Shown piece after piece: positions 51,302 through 63,732 of a stretch of 64,000 bases of DNA. A program made the position numbers and the translations under genes. The notes below the pieces were generated by a model. That model did not search any database, was not told where the DNA came from, and saw nothing but the letters and a program-made list of their open reading frames with translations. The stretch comes from Mizuhopecten yessoensis (Eukaryota): assembly GCF_002113885.1 (NCBI RefSeq), contig NW_018479870.1, positions 4,911-68,910 of the forward strand, given 5' to 3'. Every line of letters begins with the position of its first letter. Within the stretch, counting starts at the first letter, position 1.

Positions 51302-52186
51302 TTAAAAATAGCTTTTTTCCTAGAATGATGTCTCTATGGAATAGGCCAGACTGTATTTTTCCAAAACTCACTTGAGCCAGTTAAAACTGGAATTACTTAA
51401 GGAAAGCACACACGTTTTGCAACCATCTAACTGTACAGATATTTTAAATACGGTAGCTCCAGGAAGTTGAATATAACATGATGTCAAATACTAAATAAAG
51501 TCAGCCAATTAAAATCAGATTTATATAATGATCATCTTACAGATAACCCTATTTGTGACTGTGGTTATATTATTGAAGATGCAAATCACTTCTTCCTCAA
51601 TTGCCCCAAATATATAGATGAAAGACAAGTTTTATTCAATGCGTTATCTAATTTTAACGAAATTGATAACATCATCTTAATACTGTTACTTTAGCTAAGG
51701 GTGATATGAACGTTAGCAGTGAATCAAATAAATGTATTCTCTCATGTGTTCTGGAGTTTATTGAAAAATCTAGAAGATTTTAACTTAAACTATACTAAAA
51801 ATTATCTTACAATGTGTTTGTATTTGCTATCTTATAACAATAACTCTGGTGTAATGTGGAAGGATGGCACTGTGTATAGTGACAGTGTCTTTGAAGTGCC
51901 TCCAACCAAACACTAGGCTATTAATAATTGAAGTAAATAGACTATAGTAATTGAAATGCTAAAATCTATGATATTCTAGTTATTATTTTCTGTGAACATG
52001 TATTAAATGGTTCTAGTATTCTCCTATTCATTTGAACATATACTTCATCTTCTCTATAATACTCTCTCTCTATATAGATGTATATATGAAATGTGAGTAT
52101 TTTCTCTGGAAAGGGCTTTTGTAGGCAATGCCTGTGCCTAATCCAATTGTGTTTTTTGAATACAATAAAATTGATTTGAAATAAAA
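51302..52186 (+). mobile_element. 5'-truncated LINE (CR1/L2-like) insertion
   Basis: 12-bp TSD ATATGGTTCACC at 51290-51301 and 52187-52198. Empty site in the paralogue near 13105. Encodes ..PICDCGYIIEDANHFFLNCPKY.. and has AATAAA near the 3' end. Confidence 0.85.
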
Positions 52187-54159
52187 ATATGGTTCACCAC
52201 TCTGTCAATGTCACAATCGAAGATATAAGGAAAAAGAATACACCATAAGAGAAATAGTTCATTCGGATCTACCAGACAGATGATGAGATATTTGAAAATA
52301 GAAAAATAAATCACAACTATCAACTATTTCTATTTTTAAGCTATATTAACGGAATCCCATTGATGATGACGTCATTGGTCAGGTTAAGATTTGTGCTATT
52401 AACTATATAAAACAGCTCCACTATAAAACATTTCCAACAAAGTAAACCAATATTTGCTACCATATTTTAACATATTAACTACAGCAACAGTTTTTCGAGA
52501 AATGTACAAAGCTGCACACTTACGTCATCAATATATTATCGTCAGTGAGAAACTGATTTATGTCACTGATCAACATCATAGGCTAATCTGATAATAGTAG
52601 TTAACATTAAGTCAAAACAATGTACGGAATTAAGACATATCCAAAACCAATTAGAAGACATAATAAAATATTAACATCTTGCCATTAACAACAATGCAAA
52701 TGAAAATTCACGTTTCTTTGTAGATAATTCCTCGATGACTTCCATGGGAATCTCCGTCCCATTATTGATTATTATGGACTGACGACAGCGATCGGAAAAA
52801 GCCATACCAAATATAAAATTGAAATATGGTCATACAGGTGCTTAGGTGTATGGAAAGGAGATAAGAGATATTTGGTGAATTGGAAAAGAGAGGCCAGATA
52901 CAAAAAAATATAGTAATTGGGTGCCCGCGGAGGGTATCCAGATTATTTAGTGTGTGAGAAATGGTATGCAGAAGAAGACAACATGAGATCATATATCCAG
53001 TGGACAGATCACTTGGTTTATCGAGATGGCAAGTGTTCGATTCGCTCATCCGACGTGAAAAGTAAAAGGGTAACCTGCCCGATCACGTGGGGTTTCCGGC
53101 TTCTTCCTCACCACGACCCTCTGCACGCTACCCTCCGGGCCAGCAACATGTATATGGGGAGTGTTGGGGAGGGTTATTGAATATAATATGCAGTCGAGGA
53201 TGACCGCAAAATTAAGACTGTTTTGAGAATGTCAACATATACAGTGTGTGAAATGTGGGAGATTTAGAATATTTTGGCTGATTTTTTTAGTACATAATTA
53301 AGCACTGATATGGAACTGACGAACTTTTTAAGTTCTGAATGAGAGCCCGCAGAAGTTCACATGGCCCTGAATAACGATGGCTAGCCATTTAATAGTTGAT
53401 TTATCGATCGATTTTTACCAGAATTCATTAACAATTCTAAAAAATCAGATAAGAAAATCCTGCACATATGAAAGACAAACTCTGCTAAATAATGACATGA
53501 TCTGGAAACCTTGAATGAGGCTTATTGTATGTTCTTAACACAATTGAGATATCTATATGGCATTGTATAACGAGGCAGTGTAGTATGACATAGTATTTTG
53601 AATGAAAGTTTAACTGGTTTCATTAAATAGGCTCATTGCAAACAATAGCCTTACATCTGACTTTTGCAATAAATATTGTCAATTTGATCAACATTTGGCC
53701 ACAAAGGAAGATAATATAATGAACAGACAGTATCAATGTCTACATAACCTGCACATTTGTTTTTTTTAAACAACCTGTCAAGATATTGGGATAAATGAAT
53801 TATTCATAGCAAGGTTACCAAATTTGATTTTTAGTTTAATCTAGAATGTGAATTAACTTACCTTCCTTCCTCAGTGATAAGATGAACTGCTTCAGCTATT
53901 GTGTAGTCACTGCTAAAAAGTATTAGGGTATTATAATGCTGGTAAAATATAGGTCTGATCCATTTTATAATGTATATTCCAAATAAAATGCTTTCAATAT
54001 CTAAAAGTAGTCTTTTTTTCATGTGAACATTTCAGTGTTTCCATTTTAAGCAGTACGCGTTGTGGGCATTTATCGTGATAATTTAGTGTAAACACAATGT
54101 GTGACAAAAGATGATACAATCTACAGGCGAAAAGAACACAGCGCCAAAGCGAAAACAGC

Positions 54160-57100
54160 AGGGACATAGTCAGAACACAACGGTGACAGGGTGAGAACAC
54201 GACGATGACAGGGTGTGAACACGACGGTGACAAGGTGTGAACACGACGGTGACAAGGTGTGAACACGACGGTGACAAGGTGTGAACACGACGATGACAGG
54301 GTGTGAACACGACGGTGACAGGTGTGAACACCACAATGACAGGGTGTGAACACCACAGTGACAGGATGAGATCACCACAGTGACGGAGTGAGAGCACGAC
54401 GGTGACAGAGTGAGAACACGACGGTGACAGGGTGAGACCACCACAGTGACAGGATGACCACACCACAGTGACAGGGTGAGAACACCAGAGTGACAGAGTG
54501 AGAACACAACAGTGACAGAGTGAGAGCACGACGGTGACATGGTGAGAACACCACAGTGACAGGGCGAGAACACATCAGTGACAGAGTGAGAGCACGACGG
54601 TGACATGGTGAGAACACGACGGTGACAGAGTGAGAACACGACGGTGACATGGTGAGAACACCACGGTGACAGGATGACCACACCACAGTGATAGGGTGAG
54701 AACACCAGATGACAGAGTGAGAACACAACAGTGACAGAGTGAGAGCACGACGGTGACAGAGTGAGAACACCATAATGACAGGGTGAGAACACGACGGTGA
54801 CAGGGTGAGAACACCATAGTGACAGGTTGAGAACACAACGGTGATACGGTGAGAACATCGCAGTGATATGATGAGAACACCACAGTGACAGAGTGAGAAC
54901 ACGATGGTGACAGGGATTAGAACACCAGTGACAGGATGAGAACACAACAGTGACAGGGTGAGAACACGACGGTGACAGGGTGAGAGCATGACGGTAACAG
55001 GGTGAGACCACCACAGTGACTGGGTGACCACACGACGGTTACAGGGTGAGAGCACGACGGTGACAGGGTGAGAACACCATAATGACAGGGTGAGAACACG
55101 ACGGTGACAGGGTGAGAACACCATAGTGACAGGTTGAGAACACGATGGTGACAGGGTGAGAACACCACAGTGACAGAGTGAGAACACCACATTGACAGGA
55201 TGAGACCACCACAGTGAAAGGGTGAGAATACGACGGTGATAGGATGAGATTACCACAGTGACAGGATGAGAACACCACAGTGACAGGGTGAGATCACGAC
55301 GGTGACAGGGTAATAACACAACAACAAAAGAGTGAATACGACAGTGACAGAGTGAGGACACTAGATTGACAGAGTGAGAACACGACAGTTACAGGATGAA
55401 AACACGACGGTTATAGGATTAGAACACGACGGTGACAGAGTGAGACCACCACAGTGACAGGATGACCACACCACAGTGACAGGGTGAGAACACCACAGTG
55501 ACAGAGTGAGAACACAACAGTGACAGAGTGAGAAAACGACGGTGACATGATGAGACCACCACAATGACAGGGTGAGAACACCACAGTGACAGGGTGAGAA
55601 CAGGACGGTGACAGGGTGAGCCCACCACAGTGACAGGATGAGAACACCACGGTGACAGAGTGAGAACACGACGGTGACAGGGTGAAACCACCACAGTGAC
55701 AGGATGAGAACACCACAGTGACAGGATGTGATTACTACAGTGACAGAGTGAGAGCACCACAGTGACAGAGTGAGAACACCATAGTGACAGGGTGAGAACA
55801 CGACAGTGACAGACTGAGAACACGACGGTGACAGGGTGAGAACACGACGGTGACAGACTGAGAACACGACGGTGACAGGGTGAGAACACTATAGTGACAG
55901 GTTGAGAACACAACAGTGACAGGGTGAGAACACGACGGTGACAGGGTGAGAACACAACAGTGACAGGGTGAGAACACGACGGTGACAGAGTGAGAGCACG
56001 ACGATAACAGGGTGAGACCACCACAGTGACAGGGTGAGAACACGACGATGACAGGGTGAGAACACGACGGTGACAGGGTGAGAACACCATAATGACAGGG
56101 TGAGAATACGACGGTGACAGGGTGAGAACACCATAGTGACAGGTTGAGAACACAACGGTGATAGGGTGAGAACATCGCAGTGACATGATGAGAACGCCAC
56201 AGTGACAGAGTGAGAACACGATGGTGACAGGGATTAGAACACCAGTGACGGGATGAGAACACAACAGTGACAGGGTGAGAACACGACGGTGACAGAGTGA
56301 GAACACGACGGTGACAGGGAGAGAACACCATAGTGACAGGTTGAGAACACCACGGTGATAGGGTGAGAACATCGCGGTGACATGATGAGAACGCCACAGT
56401 GACAGAGTGAGAACACCATAGTGACAGGGTGAGAATACGACGGTGACAGGGTGAGAACACCATAGTGACAGGTTGAGAACACGACGGTGATAGGGTGAGA
56501 ACACCGCAGTGACATAATGAGAACACCACAATGACAGAGTGAGAACACCACATTGACAGGATGAGAACACCACAGTGAAAGGGTGAGAATACGACGATGA
56601 TAGGATGAGATTACCACAGTGACAGGATGAGAACACCACAGTGACAGGGGGAGATCACGACGGTGACAGGGTAATAACACGACAACAAAAGAGTGAACAC
56701 GACAGTGACAGAGTGAGGACACTAGATTGACAGAGTGAGAACACGACAGTTACAGGATGAAAACACGACGGTTATAGGATTAGAACACGACGGTGACATA
56801 GTGAGAACACGACGATGACAGGGTGAGAACACTACGGTGACAGAGTGAGAACACGACGGTGACAGAGTGAGAACACCACAGTGACAGGATGAGAACACGA
56901 CGGTGACGGAGTAAGACCACGACAATAGCTGAGTGGGAACACCACATTGACAGAGTGAGAACACCACAGCGACAAAGTGAGAACACAACGCGACGGTGAC
57001 AGGGTGAGAACACGACGGTGACAGAGCGAGAACATGACGATGACGGAGTAAGACCACGACAATGGCGGGGTGAAAACACCACAGTGACAAGAGTGAGAAC

Positions 57101-57785
57101 ACGATGGTGACAAGAGTGAGACACGACGGTGACAGAGTGAGACACGACGATGACAGAGTGAGAGCAAGACGATGACGGAGTAAGACCACGACCACGGCGG
57201 AGTGAGAACACCACAGTGACAGAGTGAGAACATCACAGTGACAAGAGTGAGAACACCACAGTGGCAGGATAAGAACTAGCCGGTGACAGAGCGAGAACAC
57301 GACGACGACTGAGTAAGACTATGACAATGGCGGAGTGAGAACATCACAGTGACAAGAGTGAGAACACAATGGTGACAAGAGTAAGACACGACGTCGACAG
57401 AGTGAGAGTACAACGGTGACAGAGTGAGAGTACAACGATAAGGGAGTAAGACCACGACAACGGCGGAGTGAGAGCATCACAGTAACAAGAGTGAGAACAC
57501 GACGGTGACAAGAGTCAGACACGACGGTGACAGAGTGAGAGCACGACGGGTGAGAACGCGACGGTGACAGCGTGAGAACACGACGGTGACAGAGTGAAAA
57601 CACGACGCGACGATGACAGAGTGAGAACATGACAAGACGGTGAAAGAGTGAGAATAAGACGGTGGCAGAGTGAGAACACGACGCGACGGTGACAGGGTGA
57701 GAACACGACGGTGACAGAGTGAGAACGCGACGGTGACAGCGTGAGAACACGACGGTGACAGAGTGAAAACACGACGGTGACAGAG
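54160..57785. repeat. 22-bp minisatellite, about 3.6-kb array with a ~1.3-1.4-kb higher-order duplication
   Basis: The diagnostic variant block GTGAGGACACTAGATTGACAG occurs at about 55355 and 56715. Confidence 0.97.
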
Positions 57786-58173
57786 CGACTTATCTACAGT
57801 GTGTCACGTAAGGCTTAGTTGATTGTTTAGGTTACGTGCTGATAAGTTAAACGTCTGAGTATCATATCACGTGGTGAAGTTCATTGCTTGCCGATAGCTA
57901 GTATCAAATAGTCTAAGTAGTGGAAACAAAATCGAAATTTATATTAATATTTAGGTGTAAATCGCCATCAAAATGAAAGTGAAACTAGCTGCGATGTGTA
58001 CCAAAAAGAAGCCGTTGTCGCACTATGCCGTTTTCAAAATTACTTTCGATACCCCGGCCCCGGAGTAAGTTGCCCCCCCCCCCCCCCCCCCTTTAGTTAC
58101 CTAGTTAGTTTGCATTTCTTTTGTTTTGTCAAATCGACTGAATAATTAATATTTAGGCCTATGTCGTAAATAA

Positions 58174-58417
58174 CACAGGGACCTGAGAATTTGTTACAGA
58201 GCACATTTTGACCTAAACTAAGGTGTTCAGAGTAATTTGACATGTTTTAAGGATATGTAGATCGACTTTCGGTAAAAATGACACACCTAATGATCGTATA
58301 ATCATTGGCGTGTCATTTTTACCGAAAGTCGATCAAAATACCTTAAACATGTAAAATTACTCTGAACACCTTAGTTTAGGTCCAAATATAACTGTAACAA
58401 ATTCTCAGGTCCCTGTG
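58174..58417. mobile_element. Complete 244-bp foldback MITE with CAC...GTG termini
   Basis: Arms CACAGGGACCTGAGAATTTGTTACAG... are near-complementary across the whole element. ATAA flanks both ends. Confidence 0.88.
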
Positions 58418-58654
58418 ATAAATAAAACAAACTGACTATTTCATAGCATGGACTTTTCGTAGTTGGTGTTATCACAGAATTCAGGTTGCAAGAATAGACT
58501 ATAGGCCTACTAAAAATCCTATAGCTAGTGGGTTAATCCAGTCGGTCACGGATTTTGGCAATTTTACTTTTAGAAAATGGTAAAATCCCGGACTCGGGTG
58601 ACTTGATTAACCCACCACCACCGGTAGGCCTACTATAGCTATTAAGGATAATGT

Positions 58655-59279
58655 TAACAGTACCCAAATCGGGACACTTTTAAGTGAAATAATGATGTAT
58701 TTCATACCATAGTACCGATCCCAGTGATTTGTGTTCCCTTTTCCTATATAGATATCATTATCTTTTCATTTTGATAACAAGTTAATATTTCCGGCACGTG
58801 GTTCTATAAATAGAACCGGAAATATAGTCATGGTTGCGTAATCGCGAAACAGGTGAAGCTGTACCCAAATCGGGACACCCCTACCAGTTTTGGCTTATAT
58901 TTGGAGATGAAAAAAGTATTTAGCAGAACATGGCATATCTTTGGAATATTTAAGAGCCAAGAGTCGTTCTGAATGAATTTCTTTTCCAAACTACCACTGT
59001 GAAATAGTAGGATTGTGAAAAGTAACATTAAAAAAATGAAAATCAATAACGTCGCATATATATGGCGCATCAATTTAGAACGTTACATTTTCGTCATTAT
59101 TTACAAACTAAAACTGTGATTGTAACCGTAAGTGGCAGTAAATAAAGTTCATATAACTGTTTATTGGTATATAAGCATCTTTAAATCAATATTTTCAATT
59201 TTAAAATCCTTCTTTGCACAGCATGCACATTTCTTGTGACTTTTTCCTGAAGTGTCCCGATTTGGGTACTGTGGCGTTA
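58655..59279. mobile_element. MITE with TIR CAGTACCCAAATCGGGACACTT in the upstream region of copy 11
   Basis: Paralogue of 20731-21354. Absent upstream of copy 9. Confidence 0.8.
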
Positions 59280-59530
59280 GTGTTGTGACCTATTTAAGTT
59301 TCTGGCAGACCTACATATATGGCTTCGACCAAAGTTAAAATACGTTATTATGACCTCTCGGTTTCCCTCCAAGACTTAAAATCGCAAACAAACGGTGCCC
59401 GCGAGTAAACTTCAACTACGCCCATGCGCACACGGCGGCGCGCATTCGCGTCACTGTATTTCCTTGGCACGGTAATTTGTGTGACACCGGAAAACGAACC
59501 AGGCACGTGCTGTTTAGAAGTCTAATGAAA

Positions 59531-61051
59531 ATGGAGTGCGTTTACCACAAAGATGAGACTGTCATAATGGTATGTACTCACTGTGACAAGTATCCATTTG
59601 TGTGTGCTATTTGTGTGGAGGAAGATCATGCTGAACACAGACTCGCTTCATTGAGATCTGCCGCACAGTCAATCCGACAAGAGTTGGAGCAGGCACAGTC
59701 AAACAATTTACATGTGTTTGAGGAAATCAAGTCTGATCTGGACAATCTCGCCAAAATCAGAGAGAATCTGCAACAGGGAGCACATCTCGTGGAAAATCAA
59801 ATGGTGAAACGTCAAAATATTATGAAAAGTGAAGTCGACACTGTGAAAAACGAAGTGCATTATAAACATCAAATGGAGCTTGGTAAGAACATGGAAGCCA
59901 TCGACAAAACAGAACAAGCTCTGAAGCAACAGTTTTCCCAGATTGCCACATTCCAGAGGAAGGTGGTTCAGCTTAAAAACATGAACGATTATGTAGACAT
60001 GATCGTAACAGGCAGAAATGTGGAGGTCCCACAAAGCAGCAGACGCATCCCCAGGCTGGACATACATGCCCTGGTGTTCCTCCCCGGGGCTGTCAGGGAC
60101 GGAGAACTTGAACGAATGTTTGGGAGTATTAAAGGGGCATCTGATCATGCCAATAACAATGAGAATAAAAGGGACAAGTCATCTGACTTTTTTGGTTTGA
60201 TCGAAAGGAAATCAAAAATCAAAGTAACGCCAGTTACATCATTTAAACTTTCAAAACATGTTGGTGTAGATAATATGTTTTGTCCTAAATCAAAAGTTTG
60301 CTGGCTAAAATGCCAGGATAAAAACAGTGTTAAACTTTCCAACAGGTCTGGAGAAATTAAACAAGCTATAAACCTGGGAACTAGGTCGGATGGATTTACT
60401 GTAAGTGCAGATAATAAGCTTCTGTTCTGTTGTACACTACAGAAATGTATCAAGGAGATCGCTCTTCCAAATGGTGAGATTACAGAGAAGCTCAGCACTT
60501 GTCCTCTCACACCAAACCGTATATGTACAGATCCATCTGGGGACATATATGTAACACTATGCGACGAAGATGACTATGAAGTAACAGATGACAGTACCCG
60601 TGTGTTGGTCCGGTACGACCGGTGGGGGGAAGAGGCGGCTCGTTGTCAGGCTGATGGATATGGAGGAAGCCTCTTTGTTGTACCTGAGGATGTCTGTGTG
60701 AACAACACGGGCACCCGAGTAGCGGTCATTAACCGTGTAAGTGACAGACGCAGAGAACTAGTTGTTCTCGACGAAGACCTATCGCCTGTGTTAATCTATA
60801 CAGGACCCAGGGTGTTGACTGGGGACTCCCTGGCAGGGTATAGTCTCTATGGTGTGGTATTTGATACCAGAGACAATATTTTGGTTGCTGAATGTTATAG
60901 CAAAACTGTGCAGTTACTAAGTCCATCTTGCGAGCCATTGAAAGTCCTGCTCACCATGAACACTACACCATGGGCCATGACTATACAGGGAAATGAGGTT
61001 TGGATTGGAGACGAGAAAGGAAAAGTACAGATCTTCAGGTATTCTTACTAA
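59531..61051 (+). CDS. RING-less TRIM-like B-box/coiled-coil/beta-propeller protein, copy 11, intact (start MECVYH; alternative ATG at 59525)
   Basis: Full ORF with B-box CVYH..CTHC..CAIC..HAEH and propeller motifs, ending FRYSY. Confidence 0.9.
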   Translation: MECVYHKDETVIMVCTHCDKYPFVCAICVEEDHAEHRLASLRSAAQSIRQELEQAQSNNLHVFEEIKSDLDNLAKIRENLQQGAHLVENQMVKRQNIMKSEVDTVKNEVHYKHQMELGKNMEAIDKTEQALKQQFSQIATFQRKVVQLKNMNDYVDMIVTGRNVEVPQSSRRIPRLDIHALVFLPGAVRDGELERMFGSIKGASDHANNNENKRDKSSDFFGLIERKSKIKVTPVTSFKLSKHVGVDNMFCPKSKVCWLKCQDKNSVKLSNRSGEIKQAINLGTRSDGFTVSADNKLLFCCTLQKCIKEIALPNGEITEKLSTCPLTPNRICTDPSGDIYVTLCDEDDYEVTDDSTRVLVRYDRWGEEAARCQADGYGGSLFVVPEDVCVNNTGTRVAVINRVSDRRRELVVLDEDLSPVLIYTGPRVLTGDSLAGYSLYGVVFDTRDNILVAECYSKTVQLLSPSCEPLKVLLTMNTTPWAMTIQGNEVWIGDEKGKVQIFRYSY

Positions 61052-63732
61052 AAGGTAAGGAAAGGTAAAAATTCAAAGGCCAAACTGGAATTCGAACCCA
61101 GGACCTATAAAGTCTATACTAGACAGACATTTAAGCCAATTGAGCGACCTGGTCACGGGTGTAAGGTTTAAATTGATCCCAATTGAAAGTAAAACTTGAG
61201 TCAGTTTTCAGACAAGGGAGCTAAATAAAAAGCATTTTTATTTACTCAATGGAAATGAAGCCCATGAAAAAGTAAACCATGTGGAAATATATGCATTATT
61301 CACTAAGATATATTAAGGTTTGATATAATTAGATTATTTAGATAACATAGGGTCAAATTTTGGAAAAAAGGGTCGCAGTGATCTTTAATTCAGAAAAACA
61401 ACTTTACTAGACCAACTTCAGAACCTGACAAGAATTTTTAGTAATGTAGGGTTGATCTTGAAAGCAGGTGATAGTGACACAATTTAGTAAATTGATATTT
61501 GACCCCAATGACAATTTTTAACAATGTAGGTCAATTTTAAAAAGTAGGTCAAATTGACCTATTCTGGTCAAAAACAACAGTTCTATGTTAATTGCTGATC
61601 CGGTTACAGATCTTAATAATGTAGCTGACTAAGCTGAGGTTTGGAAAAGTAGGTGACAGTGACCTTAGACAACATTTTTGTGCATATTTCTGAATCTGAT
61701 GACAATATTTGATAGTGTAGTCCAACTATTGAGAAGTATGTCACAGTATCAGGATAGCGAAAACATGAAGGCCAGACCAGAAATCCAAAACCAGGGAGCT
61801 CTGAACTATAGACGGATATCACGCTCTAACCAATTGAGTTACCTGGTCGCTAGTACTAATATTAATACCCGGCCTCCTTTTCTGACGACGCAATATATAA
61901 AAAAATCTCTCGTCGTCAGGAAGCTATGTTATCGCAGCTACCTGGTCACCAGCGATCAACCACCAATCCAATGACTCAGAATGACCCAACAGATGTTCAC
62001 GCATTATTGAAAATGGAGTTGTGACTTTGACCCATTTTCTATACAAGTGTCCATAGTCAACCTAGTTAAAATTGTGTTTTGATTAGGTAAAAAGAAAAAA
62101 AATGTAGGTGTCGGGTAACAAGAGTGAAGAAAGAAAAAGGTGTCTGTCGGAATTTATTTTCATTTTTATTTTATTTTATTTTGTTTTTGAGCTATATTTT
62201 AAGATAATATATACTTTAATATTTAAGATATCTGTCTATGAAGTAGAGGGGGTACATATATATATATATGTTGGAATTACTTCTTTGCCTCATATAATAT
62301 TTTAAGTAATTCGTATCCTACGGACATACCTCCATTAGGATCCAGTGTTATATGGGATTTTACCGTCTATATTACTTCTTTGACCCATATATATGTATAC
62401 ATGTATATCAAATACAGTTGTTGTTTGTCAATCAATTTGCTTGCATCTGGTGGACAAGTTGTCCGAACACTGGATGCATATGGAGAGTGTTCAAGTGAGA
62501 TAAGCTGTTGGGGTCAGAGGTAAAAACTAGGATTCGTCGAGGTACCTGAAACACACAATTTTCCTTTTTTGACATTAATCTAAACATTAATTTAGCTCAG
62601 AATATCACATGAATAACTCCCTATAACCGATCATTGACAATGCAAATTGTTAAATTTTCTCATGTTTCTTTGTAGAGTTTTGTGTGATGACACTGATGGC
62701 AATCTTTGTCCCCTGTTCAGAGGACAGATGATAGAGGACTGACACCAGACAGGGTACCTGTTACTTGTAATCATGATACTGATGGTAGTATATAAGTACA
62801 TGTACTAGTGTGCTTAGGGGATCATCTAGATGTTTGGGTACAGCTGTTTGTGGAAGGTCGATCAGACATTTTGGTTTGTAGAAAGACAATCACACTTTTT
62901 GGTGTGACGGAAATAGTCAAAGCGCAGCCAGATAATTATATATATAATCGAGTGTGGAGATATTTAGATGCATTGGAGGCTATTTAGAGCGTATCGATAT
63001 TTGGGTGTGAGGAGAGGGTAGTGAGAGAACAAACTGGTTACTTGTTGTTTTGATACCAGTTATTATCATATTTTAGTAATCTACATATATTTGAATGTGA
63101 AAAAGGACAGACTTAAATTGAGTTACAATTGAGTATGTTGAAAAGGACGACCAAGTTTTTGGGTTTGTGGGAAAGAGAGGTCAGTTGTTTTAGTCTGTGG
63201 GAAAGGGAAATAGTCCGATGTTCAGTCATGTGGGAAAGGCCAAGATTAGATCTTTGGGCATGTAGGAAAGTACGATGACATCATGACAGTATTTGGCTGG
63301 GAGATCAATACATCATTTTGTGCCAAGAAGGACTACCTTAAATCAGAGTATTAGCATTTTTGTGTATTGGAGTTCCATCCCCTTGTTAGTACGCTCTTTG
63401 TAGCGATAATTTGACAGATGATTGGGGAAGTAATTTGAGTATTTCAAAGGTGGCTAGATACCCATGTGTGTGAGGAAGAGTAAAGCAATATTTGGTGGTG
63501 TTGGACAAGGCCAACATCAAGAGTGATGATATATAATGTGAAGTAAAACCTGACTAAATTTGATATGTTGAAATAATGGAAAAAATACTTGTAGGCTTCA
63601 GTGTTTATAATGTTTTACTAATGTACCAGGTGGTATATGTGATTCGTGTTTACCTTAAGTTTAGAATGAGTTTTCAGTAGCAATTCCCAGGACAAGTCAT
63701 AACAATAATCATTGGTTCATTATTGTGTTAGA

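Noticed and set aside
53994-57772. Many long Cys/His/Ser-rich minus-strand ORFs (up to 406 aa), also at 15021-15760
   Set aside because: Artefacts of the 22-bp minisatellite. They are open in all three frames because that strand of the unit lacks stop codons.
54160-57785. Frequent CACAGTG (RSS heptamer) in the minisatellite, suggesting RAG-type rearrangement
   Set aside because: No ACAAAAACC nonamer was seen at 12/23 spacing. The heptamer is just one unit variant.
59477-59524. TTG/GTG-initiated N-terminal extensions of TRIM-like ORFs (also 21472, 32187, 36066)
   Set aside because: Non-ATG starts from the ORF caller. The aligned start is M-E/K-C in all copies, and no RING-encoding sequence was seen upstream.
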